DNA of 64,000 nucleotides from an uncultured Acidimicrobiia bacterium. GTDB taxonomy: Bacteria > Actinomycetota > Acidimicrobiia > Acidimicrobiales > JACDCH01. The number at the start of each line of letters is the position of its first letter. The first letter of the stretch is position 1. A program made the translations under genes and the position numbers. This document shows, piece after piece, positions 33,603 through 45,404 of this stretch. The stretch is taken from the NCBI GenBank assembly GCA_963840695.1, contig CAWIZW010000011.1, forward strand, positions 51,238 through 115,237. The letters are read 5' to 3'. The notes below the pieces were generated by a model. It had not been told where the DNA came from, did not search any database, and was given only the letters and a program-made list of their open reading frames with translations.

Positions 33603-34726
33603 ATGCGCACACCGATCTGCGACGAGCTCGGCATCGAGTTCCCGATCTTCGCCTTCACCCACTGCCGCGACGTCGTCGCCGCCGTGTCCAAGGCCGGCGG
33701 CTTCGGCGTGCTCGGCGCCGTCGGCTTCACGCCCCGAGCAGCTCGAGATCGAGCTCGCCTGGATCGACGAGCACGTCGGCGACAAGCCCTACGGCGTCGA
33801 CATCGTCATCCCCGGCAAGTACGAGGGCATGGGCGACATGGACCCCGAGCACCTCGCCAGTCGCTGCGGGAGATGGTGCCGCAAGGCCACCTCGACTTCG
33901 CCCGCAAGCTCCTCGCCGACCGCGGCGTGCCCGAGCTGCCCGCCGAGGAGAGCAACGAGATGAAGCTCCTCGGGTGGACGGCGGCCACCGCCATGCCCCA
34001 GATCGAGGTGGCGCTCGCCCACCCCAAGGTCCGCCTCATCGCCAACGCGCTCGGCACGCCGCCGGCCGACGTGATCGAGCACATCCACGACGCCGGGCTC
34101 AAGGTGGCGGCGCTGTGCGGGTCGCCGTACCAGGCCCTGAAGCACAAGGAGGCCGGCGTCGACATCGTCATCGGCCAGGGCGGCGAGGGCGGCGGCCACA
34201 CCGGCGAGGTCGGCTCGATCGTGCTGTGGCCGCAGATCGCCAAGGCCATCGCGCCCACGCCGATGCTCGCCGCCGGCGGCATCGGCTCGGGCGAGCAGAT
34301 CGCCGCGGCGCTGGCCATGGGCGCCCAGGGCGTGTGGGCGGGCTCGCTGTGGCTGACCGTCGAGGAGGCCGACCTCCCGCCGGCCCAGAAGCAGCAGCTG
34401 CTCGACGCCACGTCACGCGACACCGTCCGCAGCCGGAGCTTCACCGGCAAGCCGTGCCGCATGATCCGCACCGAGTGGACCGAGGCGTGGGAGGCCCCCG
34501 ACGCCCCCGAGCCGCTGCCGATGCCCCTGCAGTACATGGTCTCGGGCGACTGCGTGGCCCGCAGCCACCGCTACGCCGACAAGGCCCTCGTCGGTGATGT
34601 TCAACCCGGTCGGCCAGGTCGTCGGCCAGCTCGACCGGGTCGAGAAGACCGTCGGCCGTGATCCAGCGCCTCGTCGAGGAGTACCTCGAGGCCGTCGACC
34701 GCCTCAACGTGCTTTCCGACGTGTAG
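33603..34726 (+). CDS. Nitronate monooxygenase/FabK-like flavoprotein (frameshifted)
   Basis: [40 protein letters not shown]. Confidence 0.85.
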
Positions 34727-34919
34727 TCCGGTTCGCTCCGCGCCATCGTGGCGCTCGCTCACATGGATTCCTGTCGTGCCGGACCGCGTGCGGACTGGGG
34801 AGCGCATCCTGCGCCATGTACACTCTGCGGGTCCGGCGGCCACCGTCGCCTGACGAGGCAGGTTCGAGCGTTCGTTTCGAGTCGGCTTCCTCCCTCGAAA
34901 CGAAAGTCGCACAACCTCC

Positions 34920-36281
34920 ATGTCTTCCTCCTTCGCGGAGCTCGGCGTCCCCGCCGCGCTCGCCTCCCACCTCGCCGTCCCGCGGCATCGACGCGCCGTT
35001 CCCCATCCAGGCCGCCGCGCTGCCCGACGCCCTCGCCGGGCGCGACGTCTGCGGCCGGGCCCCGACCGGCTCCGGCAAGACCCTCGCCTTCGGCCTCGCC
35101 ATCGCCGCCCGGCGCGAGGTCGCCGCCCCGCGCCGTCCCTGGGCCCTCGTGCTCGTCCCCACCCGCGAGCTGGCGGCCCAGGTGGCCGACGAGCTGGCCC
35201 ATGCTCGCTCCGCGTCGCGGGCGGCACGGTGCTCGCCATCTACGGCGGCACCGGCTACGAGCAGCAGCGCCGGCCGCTCAACAAGGGCGTCGACGTCGTC
35301 GTCGCCTGCCCCGGTCGCCTCGAGGACCTCGTCGGCGAGCGGCGCCATCGAGCTCGGTGACGTCCGTGTGGCTGTCCTCGACGAGGCCGACCGCATGGCC
35401 GACATGGGCTTCCTCCCGGCCGTGAAGCGCCTGCTCGACCTGGCGCCCGACGACCGCCAGACGCTGCTGTTCTCGGCGACGCTCGACGGCGAGGTCGACG
35501 CCGTCGTGAAGCGCTACCAGCGGAACCCGGTCGCGCCACGACGTCGTCGGACGCCGACGACGCCGGTGACGTCGACCATCACTTCTGGACCGTGCACCAG
35601 GACAAGCGGCTGGCCCTCACCGCGTCCATCGTGGCGGCCCAGGGTCGTTCGATCGTGTTCTGCCGCACGCGCCACGGCGCCGACCGGGTCGCCAGGCAGC
35701 TCAAGGCCGCCGGCATCATCGCGGTCGCCCTCCACGGCAACCGCACGCAGGCCCAGCGCGACAAGGCCATCGCCGCCTTCGCCGCCGGCCGGGCCACGGC
35801 CCTCGTCGCCACCGACGTCGCCGCCCGCGGCATCCACGTCACCGACGTCGCCTGCGTCGTCCACTTCGACCCGCCCGCCGACCACAAGGACTACGTGCAC
35901 CGCTCGGGGCGCACCGGCCGCGCCGGCGCCGACGGCGTCGTCGTGACGCTCGTGACCCCCGAGAAGGCCAAGGACGTCAAGGCGCTCCAACGGGCCCTCG
36001 GATCGAGCGCTGCCGTCGTGCCCGCACCGCGGCTCGACGGTCCCAAGCGAGCGCCGCGCCGCACGCACCGTGTGTCGACCCGGCCCACCGGGACGGTGAA
36101 GTTCTTCGATGCCAAACGCGGCTTCGGGTTCATCGAGCGCGAGGGCAGCACCGACCTCTTCGTGCACGTGTCCGCGGTCGAGGCCTCGGGCCTCCGCGGT
36201 CTCGAGCCCGGCCAGAGGGTCGACTTCGACCTCGAGCCCGGCCGCCGCGGTGAGGAAGCCCAACGCCTTCAACTCCTCTAG
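34920..36281 (+). CDS. DEAD-box RNA helicase with C-terminal cold-shock domain (several frame breaks in the N-terminal half)
   Basis: [41 protein letters not shown]; then [19 protein letters not shown]. Confidence 0.9.
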
Positions 36282-36309
36282 ATCCGCCGCCCGCTCGTTC
36301 CGGCGGCAG

Positions 36310-37507
36310 CTATCGACCGCTCAGGTCCACGACTGCCGCCAGAACGGCGATGGCGGACTCGATCTGGGTGTCGGTGAGGTAGGGCGCGGGACCGAGCCGG
36401 AGCGTCGTCGCCGCGGCTGTCGGTCATGACGCCGCGGGCGGCCAGCTCGCGTTGCAGCTCGCTCGGCGTGCGGCGACGTCACCGCCAGGAACGAGCCGAA
36501 CCGGTCGAGCGGCGTCTCCCGATCGCGGGTGAGGACGTCGTCGGGGAGCGCGAGCTCGTCGACCAGTCGCGCCAGCAGGTCGACCTGGCGCCGGTAGGTC
36601 ACCCGGAGCCGCTCCGCTGTGAGCCCCTGGGCGGCGAAGAAGTCGAGGACCCGGGCCGCCCGGTAGTTGCTCGTCGTGTCGTAGGTGGCGGTGGCGAAGG
36701 CCGCCGCGCCGCGCGGGGTACTGGACGTCGCGCCCGCCCGGCGAGCCCGACAGGTCGGCGAACTCGGCGAACCAACCGGTGACGGCCGGGCGGAGGTGGT
36801 GGGCGTGCGGCGGCAGGCGGAGGTAGGCGTTGCCCTCGCCCCACTGCAGGTACTTGTAGCCGGCGCCGACGATCCAGGCGTCGCCCAGCCCGTGGGTGGC
36901 GAGCGGGAACGGCATGGCGCCGACGGCGTGGTAGGCGTCGACGACGAGCTCGACGTTGCGGCGCCGGCACGTGTCGGCGACGACGTCGAGGTGCGGGACG
37001 ATGCGGGCGTCCTCGAAGAGGACGGCCGAGACGAGCACGCACGCCGTCGCCCCCACCACGTTCGCCGAGAGGCGCTCGGTGAGGGTCTCGACCGGCCGGG
37101 CGGGCACGGCGACGACCTCAACGCCTTCCTCGGCGAGGCGGGCGAGCTGACGTCGCGCCGAGTGGAACTCGCCGTCGGTCGTCACGATCCGCGGCCGGCC
37201 GCGCAGCTCGATGGCCGAGAGCAGCTTCACGAGGAGGTCGTGGGTGTTGGCGCCGAGCGCCACCTCCGCGCCCGGATCCTCCAACAGGCGCCCGTACGCC
37301 GTCGCGCACCCGGTCGGCCTTGGCGAAGGCGCGCTCCCACTTCTCGTCGACGTGGCGGGCGGCGTCCTCGAACGCCTCCACCATGCCGTCGAGGGCGACG
37401 TCGGGCCACGCCTGGTGGGAGTGTCCGGTCAGCAGCAGGCGATCGGCGACGCCGAAGCGCCGGTAGTGGGCGGCGAGCAGGTTCGGCGGTGCCGCGTCGG
37501 ACGTCAC
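36310..37507 (-). CDS. kynU: Kynureninase (frameshifted)
   Basis: LLTGHSHQ, EFHS, VDAYH, GYKYLQWGEG PLP lysine, GWF; overlaps the TDO gene. Confidence 0.8.
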
Positions 37508-38259
37508 AGCGCGCTCCGGATGGCCCACAGGTCGGGGAACACCGGGCGCAGCAGGGTCGTCCGGAGGTAGGCGGCGCCCGGCGACCCGCCCGTGCCCGGC
37601 TTGTCGCCGATCGTGCGCTCGACCATCTTCACGTGGCGGTAACGCCATTCCTGCATGCCCTCGTCGAGGTCGACGAGACGCTCGCACACCTGGGCCGGCT
37701 CGCCGTCGTCGCGGTACACCTCGAGCAGCACCGCCTGCACGTCCGCCGACGGCGTCCAGGGCTCGCGCACGTCGCGCTGCAGCGCGTCCGCCGGCACGTC
37801 GTAGCCCTGTGTCGTCAGGTAGGCCAGCAACGAGTCGAACACCGACGCCCGCTCCGCCGCGTCGGCCGTGCTCCGCTCGTCGCGCCGGCCGAGCACGGTC
37901 TCGAGGGCGCGGAACTGCACCGACTGGAAGCCGCTCGATGCCGCCAACCGATCGCGGAACGACGTGAACTGCCTCGGCGTCATCGTCTCGAGCACGTCGA
38001 TCTGGGCGACGACCGTCTTGAGGATCGTCAGGATGCGGCGGGACGTCGACAGCACGTGGGCGGTGTCGCCGGCCTCGAGCCGCGCTTGGAGGTAGCCGAG
38101 CTCGTGGAGCAGCTGCTTGAACCAGAGCTCGTAGACCTGGTGCACGACGATGAACAGCATCTCGTCGTGCTCGTCCGAGCGCGGCCGTTGGGCACCGAGG
38201 AGCTCGGGGAGAGCGAGGTACGACGCGTACGTCACCGCCGGGTCGGCTTCTGCTGCCAT
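37504..38259 (-). CDS. kynA: Tryptophan 2,3-dioxygenase
   Basis: TYASYL, HDEMLFIVVHQVYELWFK, SGFQS, KPGTGGSPG. Confidence 0.93.
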   Translation of the reverse strand: MAAEADPAVTYASYLALPELLGAQRPRSDEHDEMLFIVVHQVYELWFKQLLHELGYLQARLEAGDTAHVLSTSRRILTILKTVVAQIDVLETMTPRQFTSFRDRLAASSGFQSVQFRALETVLGRRDERSTADAAERASVFDSLLAYLTTQGYDVPADALQRDVREPWTPSADVQAVLLEVYRDDGEPAQVCERLVDLDEGMQEWRYRHVKMVERTIGDKPGTGGSPGAAYLRTTLLRPVFPDLWAIRSAL

Positions 38260-38309
38260 CGGGCCCAGGATCGCACCCCTGGAGCACACCCGTTGAGGGT
38301 GCAACCATT

Positions 38310-40188
38310 GTGCCGATGACGGTGCGCCCGGCGACGACGGATCTGCTCGGCCAAGCGGCGTTCCCGTCGATCGCCGACTACGGGTTCCTCTCCGACTGCG
38401 AGACGACCGCCCTCGTCGCGCCGAGCGGCAACGTCGAGTGGCTGTGCCTGCCCCGCATCGACTCCCCGAGCGTGTTCGGGGCGATCCTCGACCGCGATGC
38501 CGGCGGGTTCCGCCTCGGCCCCGACGACATGCTCGTACCGACCGACCGTCGCTACCTGCCCGGCACGAACATCCTCGAGACCAGCTGGGGCACCTCGACC
38601 GGCTGGATCATCGTCCGCGACGTCCTGCTGATGGGGCCGTGGCACCACGAGGACGAGCTGTCCGGCACCCACCGGCGGGCGCCGACGGACTACGACGCCG
38701 AGCATGTCCTCCTCCGCATGATCCGGTGCGTCAACGGCGAGGTCCAGGTGTCCATGCAGTGCGAGCCGCAGTTCGACTACGGCCGCCGGGCGGCGCACTG
38801 GTCCTACACCGACCGCGGGTACCACGAGGGGCGGGCGACGGCGCCGGGGATCGACCTCCAGCTGCGCCTGACGACCGACATGCGCATCGGCTTCGAGGGG
38901 CCCAGAGCCATCGCCCGCACGCTGCTGAAGCAGGGCGACCTGCGCTACGTCGCCCTCTCGTGGAGTCAGCACGATCCGCCGTACACCTACGACGAGGCCT
39001 ACGGACGCCTCGTCTGGACGGCACACCACTGGCAGCACTGGCTCGCCCGCGGCAACTTCCCCGACCACGGGTGGCGCCGCCACCTCGAGCGCAGCGCCCT
39101 CACGTTGAAGGGCCTCACGTTCGCCCCCACGGGTGCCCTCGTGGCGGCGGCGACGACGTCGCTCCCGGAGACGCCCGGCGGCGAACGCAATTGGGACTAC
39201 CGCTACACGTGGATCCGCGACACGACGTTCGCGCTGTGGGCGCTGTACACGCTCGGCTTCGACTGGGAGGCCAACGACTTCTTCTGGTTCGTGGCCGACG
39301 TCGCAGAGCGCGACGAGGAGCTCCAGGTCATGTACGGCGTCGGCGGCGAGCGCGACCTCGAGGAGCGCATCCTCGAGCACCTCTCCGGGTACGGCGGCGC
39401 CCGGCCGGTGCGCATCGGGAACGGGGCGGCCGAGCAGAAGCAGCACGACGTATGGGGTGCCTTCCTCGACTCGGTCCTCATCCACACGAAGACCCGCGAT
39501 CACCTCGACGACCGCATGTGGCCGATCCTCTGCCGGCAGGTCGAGGCGGCGCTCGACCACTGGCGCGAGCCCGACCGCGGCCTGTGGGAGGTGCGGGGCG
39601 AACCGAAGCACTTCACCTCCTCCAAGGTCATGTGCTGGGTCGCCGCCGACCGCGGCGCCCGGCTCGCCCGCATCCGCGACGAGCTCGACCTGGCCGCGGT
39701 GTGGCAGGCGGCGGCCGACGAGATCAAGGCCGACGTCCTCGCCCACGGCGTCGACGAGCGTGGCGTCTTCACCCAGCACTACGACACCAAGGCGCCTCGA
39801 CGCCTCGGCGCTCCTCGTGCCCCTCGTCGGTTTCCTCCCTCCGGACGACCCGCGGGTCAGGGCGACGGTCCTCGCCATCGCCGACGAGCTCTGCGAGGAC
39901 GGCCTCGTGTTGCGCTACCGCGTCAAGGAGACCGACGACGGGCTCTCGGGCGAGGAGGGCAGCTTCACGATCTGTTCGTTCTGGTTGGTCTCCGCCCTCG
40001 TCGAGATCGGCGAGGTCAACTGGGCGCACGGGTTGTGCGACAAGCTGCTCTCCTTCGCCAGCCCGCTCGGCCTGTACGCCGAGGAGATCGACCCCCGGAG
40101 CGGGCGGCACCTCGGCAACTTCCCCCAGGCCTTCACGCACCTGGCGCTGATCAACGCCGTCATCCGTGTCATCGAGGCGACGAGCTGA
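38310..40188 (+). CDS. Glycoside hydrolase family 15, trehalase/glucoamylase-like (frame break near 39795)
   Basis: IADYGFLSDC, ERNWDYRYTWIRD, GLWEVR, LGNFPQAFTHLAL. Confidence 0.92.
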
Positions 40189-40252
40189 TCGGGGCCGGTC
40201 AGGGTCATCCCTGATACCCACGCCGGCAGGGCGCTGGCAGACTGCGAAGCCC

Positions 40253-41176
40253 GTGGACGCCGCCGCCCCTCTCCTCCGCACCGACGGCCTGACCCTCCGT
40301 TACCCGGGTGGGACCACCGCGCTGGATGGGCTGACCGTCACCGTGCCCCGCGGCTCCATCGGGCTCGTCGGCGCGAACGGCGCCGGCAAGACGACGCTGT
40401 TCCGCCTCGCCCTCGGCCTGCTGCGCCCGACGGCCGGTTCGATCGAGGTCGTCGGCATCCCGGTGGCCGAGGACCCCGTCGGCGTCCGTCGCCAGCTCGG
40501 GTTCATGCCGGAGCACGACTGCCTCCCGCCCGACCAGACGGCGGCCGACGTCGTCGCCACGTTCGCCGAGCTGGCCGGACTGCCGCCGCGCTCGGCTCGC
40601 CAGCGGGCGTCGGAGGTCCTCGACCTCGTCGGCCTGGACGAGGCCCGGTTCCGCCCCACCGGAGGGTTCTCCACCGGGATGCGGCAACGGACCAAGCTGG
40701 CCCAGGCGCTCGTCGCCGATCCGCAGCTGCTCCTGCTCGACGAGCCGACGGCCGGCCTCGACCCGCTCGGCCGCGAGGAGATGCTCGCCCTCGTCGGCCG
40801 GCTGGCCGGGTTCGGGATATCCGTGATCGTCGCCACCCACCTGCTCGACGACGTGCAGCGTGTGTGCGACGAGGTCGTGTTGATCGACGGCGGCAAGCTC
40901 CTGCACGCGGGCCCGACCGACGTCCTGCTGTCACGCACGGGTTCGGTGCGGGTCGAGGTCGACGGCCGGGCCGACGAGCTCGTCGCCAGGCTGTCGGCCC
41001 GCGGCATCACCGCCGTCGCCATCGACGACGCCACCGCCGATGTCGCGTCCGACGTGCCGGAGGCGCTCGACGCCATCCGCGACACCGCCGATGACCTCGG
41101 GCTGGCGCTGCACGCCATGACCGGGCGCCGGCACTCCCTCGACGAGCTGTTCGTCGGCGACGGGGCCCGCGCATGA
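40253..41176 (+). CDS. ABC transporter ATP-binding protein
   Basis: GANGAGKT, FSTGMRQR, LLLDEP. Confidence 0.92.
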   Translation: MDAAAPLLRTDGLTLRYPGGTTALDGLTVTVPRGSIGLVGANGAGKTTLFRLALGLLRPTAGSIEVVGIPVAEDPVGVRRQLGFMPEHDCLPPDQTAADVVATFAELAGLPPRSARQRASEVLDLVGLDEARFRPTGGFSTGMRQRTKLAQALVADPQLLLLDEPTAGLDPLGREEMLALVGRLAGFGISVIVATHLLDDVQRVCDEVVLIDGGKLLHAGPTDVLLSRTGSVRVEVDGRADELVARLSARGITAVAIDDATADVASDVPEALDAIRDTADDLGLALHAMTGRRHSLDELFVGDGARA

Positions 41177-42064
41177 CCGAGCTCGCACGGCGCCGTCTAC
41201 GACCGCGGGTACCGCCCCTACGACGGCGAGCGCGGCGGTCGTGGCGCGTCGCGCTGGGCGCTGTGGCGCGTGTCGGTCCGCCGAGCGCTCGGGCTGCGGC
41301 GGCCGTGGCGCCAGAAGGTGTTCCCGTGGTCGCTGCTCGCCATCGCCACGATCCCGGCGATCGTCAACGTGGGCGTCGGCTACCTCACCAGGAACTCGCC
41401 GCTCGAGGGCTTCGAGTTCATCACCTACCGCGAGTACGTCGGGGTGTCGACGACGCTGCTGCTCTTCGTCGCCCTCACCGCGCCCGACGTCATGTGCCCC
41501 GACCGCCGCAACCGCGTCTTGCCGCTCATCTTCGCCCGACCGCTCGACGGCAACGACTACGCGCTCGTCAAGCTCGGTGCCATCTTCAGCATCGTCTTCG
41601 GGTTCTCGTTCATCCCGCACGTCGTGCTGTTCGTCGGCCAGATGCTCGTGACGTCCGACGGCGCCCTCGACTACCTCCGCGACAACGCCGAGGTGCTCTG
41701 GCAGGTGCCGCTCGCCGTGGCGATCCTCTCGCTCCACTTCGCCGCCATCGGCGTCGCGCTCGCAGCGACGACGTCGCGCCGCGTCGTGGGTGGTGTGGCG
41801 ATCCTCGCGGTCGTGTTCGTCACGCTCGTCGTCGCCGGCGTGCTCACCGAGGTGTCGAACGAGGGGACGTCGATGTGGGCCGTCATCAGCGTCATCGACC
41901 AGCCCTTGTTCATCCGCGACCTCATCTTCCTCGGGCATCCCGGCGAGGACTCCCCGCTCGAGGGGATCGACGGGTCGGCGGCCGTCGCCATCGCCGTCGA
42001 GGTCGTCGTCGTCGCCGCCTGCCTCCTCTACCTGCTTCGCCGCTACCGCCAGGTCTCGCTGTGA
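41173..42064 (+). CDS. ABC transporter permease (frame break near 5' end)
   Basis: Multiple TM segments between two ABC ATPases, overlapping stop/start codons. Confidence 0.8.
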
Positions 42065-43011
42065 CCGAGGTGCTGGCCGCGCCTTTGGATCCCGCCTTCG
42101 TCGAGGCGCCGACGGTCGAGGTGCGCGACGTCTCGGTCTGGTTCGGGGCGAAGGTGGCGCTCTCGGAGGTGTCGTGCTCCTTCGGTCCTGGCGTGACGGG
42201 CCTGCTGGGGCCGAACGGGGCCGGCAAGACGACGCTGATGCGCGCCGTCTGCGGGCTCCTCCCGCCGAACCTCGGGGCCGTCCGCGTCGTCGGCCGTGAT
42301 CCGCGCGTCGACCGGGCCACCCATCGGGCCGTCGCCCTCATCCCGGAGGAGGACACGGCGCCGCCCACGCTCACCGCCCGGCAGCTCGTGCGCTACCTGG
42401 CCGCCCTGCACGGGGTGACCGACCGTGCCGTACCCGACCAGTGCCTGGCCACCGTCGAGCTGCTCGACGTCGCCGACCGCCGGCTGGGCGCGTTCAGCAA
42501 GGGCATGCGCCAGCGCGCCCGCATCGCCGGCGCGCTCGTCAGCGGACCCTCGGTGCTCGTGCTCGACGAGCCCCTCAACGGCGCCGACCCCGTGCAGCGC
42601 GTGCACCTGATCGACCTCTTCCGCCGCCTCGGCGACGAGGGCCGCACCGTGATCGTGAGCTCGCACGTCCTCCACGAGGTGGAGCGGCTGGCGCGGCGCC
42701 AGGTCGTGCTCGTCAGCGGGCGCTTGGCGGCCGCCGGCGACCACCGCGCCATCCGCAACGCCATGGGCGACCGTGCCCGGCGGGTGCTCGTGCGGTCCGA
42801 CTCGCCGCGGGTCCTGGGCGCCGCGCTCGTCGGGGTCGATGTCGTCGCCGCCGTCGCCTTCGACGGTGACGGGCTGGTCGTCTCCTCGACGCGGTCGCTC
42901 GAGATGGCCAGGGCGCTCCCGGGGGTCGCCCGCCGCGCCGGCGTCCGCCTGCTCGAGGTCCGACCGCTCGACGACTCCCTCGAGTCGACCTTCCGGGAGC
43001 TGCTCCGGTGA
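42061..43011 (+). CDS. ABC transporter ATP-binding protein
   Basis: GPNGAGKT, FSKGMRQR, VLDEPLNG. Confidence 0.92.
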   Translation: MTEVLAAPLDPAFVEAPTVEVRDVSVWFGAKVALSEVSCSFGPGVTGLLGPNGAGKTTLMRAVCGLLPPNLGAVRVVGRDPRVDRATHRAVALIPEEDTAPPTLTARQLVRYLAALHGVTDRAVPDQCLATVELLDVADRRLGAFSKGMRQRARIAGALVSGPSVLVLDEPLNGADPVQRVHLIDLFRRLGDEGRTVIVSSHVLHEVERLARRQVVLVSGRLAAAGDHRAIRNAMGDRARRVLVRSDSPRVLGAALVGVDVVAAVAFDGDGLVVSSTRSLEMARALPGVARRAGVRLLEVRPLDDSLESTFRELLR

Positions 43012-43099
43012 GCGAGCGCAGCGAGCGAACCATGGGCCCGGACACGCCACGGCGAAGCCGTGGCCCGCTCATCGGGCGACCGCCGAAGGCGGGCGTCGG

Positions 43100-43831
43100 A
43101 TGAGCGCGTTTCCCGCGATGGTGGGCTACGGGCTGCGGGTCTGCGTGCCGCCGAAGCGCTGGCTGCTCCTGCTGCTCCCGGCGGCGGCCGCCGTCCTGTT
43201 CGGGCTCCTCGCCCACGTCGCCGACGAGCCCACTGCCGGCGAGCGGTTCGCGCCGATCGCCGGTGAGGCTCTGTTCGCGCTCGTCCTACCCCTCGCCTGC
43301 CTGGTCGTCGGCGACGCCGTCCTCGGGGCCGAGGTGCGCTCGGGGACCTTCAGCCTGACGTGGCTGTCGCCGGTGCCCTTCTCGCAGATCGTGCTGGCGC
43401 GGTGGCTGTCGGGCTGGCTCCTGGCCTGCGCGGTGCTCGTGCCGGCGAACGCCCTGGCCGCCATCGTCGCCGGCGTGCCCGAGGCGGTCGGCGCCATGAC
43501 GGTCGCCACCGTCGCCGGCGCGGCCGCGTACATCGCGCTGTTCGTGTTCATCGGCGCGACGGTGCGGCGGGCAGCGCTGTGGTCCCTCGGCATCGTGCTG
43601 CTCGGCGAGCGGCTCCTCGGTGCCGCGCTCAGCGGGATCGCCCAGCTCTCGCCGCAGTGGGAGGCCCGTCAGATCTACGGCGAGCTCGGGCCCGACGCCG
43701 ACGAGCTCCTGCGCGACGGCCTCCCCCAGGGCTGGGGCGCGGTGGTCCGCCTGGCGATCATCACCGTCGCCGCCCTGGCGCTGGCCTCCTGGCGGGTCCG
43801 CAAGCTCAAGCTCACCGGCAAGGAGGATTGA
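43100..43831 (+). CDS. ABC-2 type permease
   Basis: About six TM helices; EVRSGT motif. Confidence 0.8.
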   Translation: MSAFPAMVGYGLRVCVPPKRWLLLLLPAAAAVLFGLLAHVADEPTAGERFAPIAGEALFALVLPLACLVVGDAVLGAEVRSGTFSLTWLSPVPFSQIVLARWLSGWLLACAVLVPANALAAIVAGVPEAVGAMTVATVAGAAAYIALFVFIGATVRRAALWSLGIVLLGERLLGAALSGIAQLSPQWEARQIYGELGPDADELLRDGLPQGWGAVVRLAIITVAALALASWRVRKLKLTGKED

Positions 43832-43857
43832 CCCCGGCGTTCCAACGAACACGGGGC

Positions 43858-45376
43858 TCAGCCCGGGAGGAGCGCCTGGACGGACTCGATCGTGTCGGCG
43901 TCGGCGGGGGACTTGTCGTCCCGGTACCGCTTCACGCGGGCGAAGCGGAGGGCGACACCGCCGGGGTAGCGGGTCGAGCGCTGCACCCCGTCGAGGGCGA
44001 TCTCCACGACGAGCTCGGGCCGGACGAAGACGACGTGGCCCTCGCGGTGGTCCTCGAGCGCGAGGAGGGCGCTCGGTCTGCCACGCCAGCAGCTCGTCGG
44101 TGAGCCCCTTGAACGTCTTGCCGACCATCACGAACCCGTCGTCGACGTCGACGGCACGGGCGCCGAGATGCAGGTTCGACAGCCAGCCCTGCCGCCGGCC
44201 GCTGCCCCACTCGACGCCGAGCACGACGAGGTCGAGCGTGCGCACCGGCTTGACCTTGCGCCACGACCCGCCGCGGCGCCCGGCGTCGTAGGTCGACGTC
44301 AGGGCCTTGACCATCACGCCCTCGTGGCCGCGCGCGAGGGCGTCGTCGGCGAACGCGGCCGCCACCTCGGCGTCGGCGGTCACGACGCGCGGGATGGCCG
44401 CCGGACCGCACACGGCGTCGAGCACCGACTGCCGCTCCGCGAGCGGACGGTCGAGCAGGTCGACGCCGTCGTGGTGGAGCACGTCGAAGAAGCGGGCGCC
44501 GAGGGCCCCGCCGGCATCGCCGGACTGCCGCGAGAACCGGCTCATGGCGTCCTGGAACAGCTCCGGCGACTCGTCTTCTGCCCAGCCCACGGCCTCGCCG
44601 TCGAGCACGAGCGTCGTCGCCGGGAACGACCGCACCAGGGCCACGATCCTCGGCAGCCGCTCGGTCACCTCGTTGAGGTTGCGGGTGAAGAGCCGCACCT
44701 CGTCGTCGCGGCGGTGGGCCTGGATGCGGGCGCCGTCGAGCTTCCACTCGACCGACGCCTCGCCGGTCAGCTCCAGCGCGTCGGCGACCGTGGGTGCCGA
44801 CGCCGCCAGCATCGGCTGCACCGGGCGGCCGACCGTCAGGCCGAAGCCGCCGAGGTCGATGCCACCGAGGGCGGCGCGGGCCACGACCGGCAGCGACCCG
44901 GCGAGCATCGCCGCCCGCCGCACCTCCGCAGCGGGCAGGCCGGCGGCCGCGGCCACCGCCTCGCCGACGAGTGACTCCAGCGCGCCCTGGCGCAGCTCGC
45001 CGGTCAGCAACCGGCGCAGCAGGTCGGCCTCGATCGCCGTGGCCCGGCCGAGCAGTTCGCGCAGCACGGCATCGCGGGCCGCCACCGAACCGGGACCGCT
45101 CGTCGTCGCCAACGTGGCGAAGCCGGCCTCGACGTCGCCGACGGTGAGCGACGCCGGGCCGTCGTGCACGACGGCATCGATGAGGCCGGCGACGGTCGCC
45201 CAGCCGACGCCGAGCCGGCCCTGCCGCGTCTCCCCCGAGAGCCACGCCACGACCGGCTCCACCTCGTCGGGCTCGAGGGCGCCCAGGAGCGCGGCGAAGG
45301 CACTCACCTTGGCCTTGCGCGACCGCGTGGCGGATGCAGCGGCCGACGCGGCGGCGACATCGGCGAAGAGGGTCAC
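43858..45376 (-). CDS. ligB: ATP-dependent DNA ligase, LigB-type (frame break near 44070)
   Basis: EWKLDG adenylation motif, [27 protein letters not shown]. Confidence 0.88.
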
Positions 45377-45404
45377 GCCGGGCAGCGTGCCACGGTGCCG
45401 CCGG

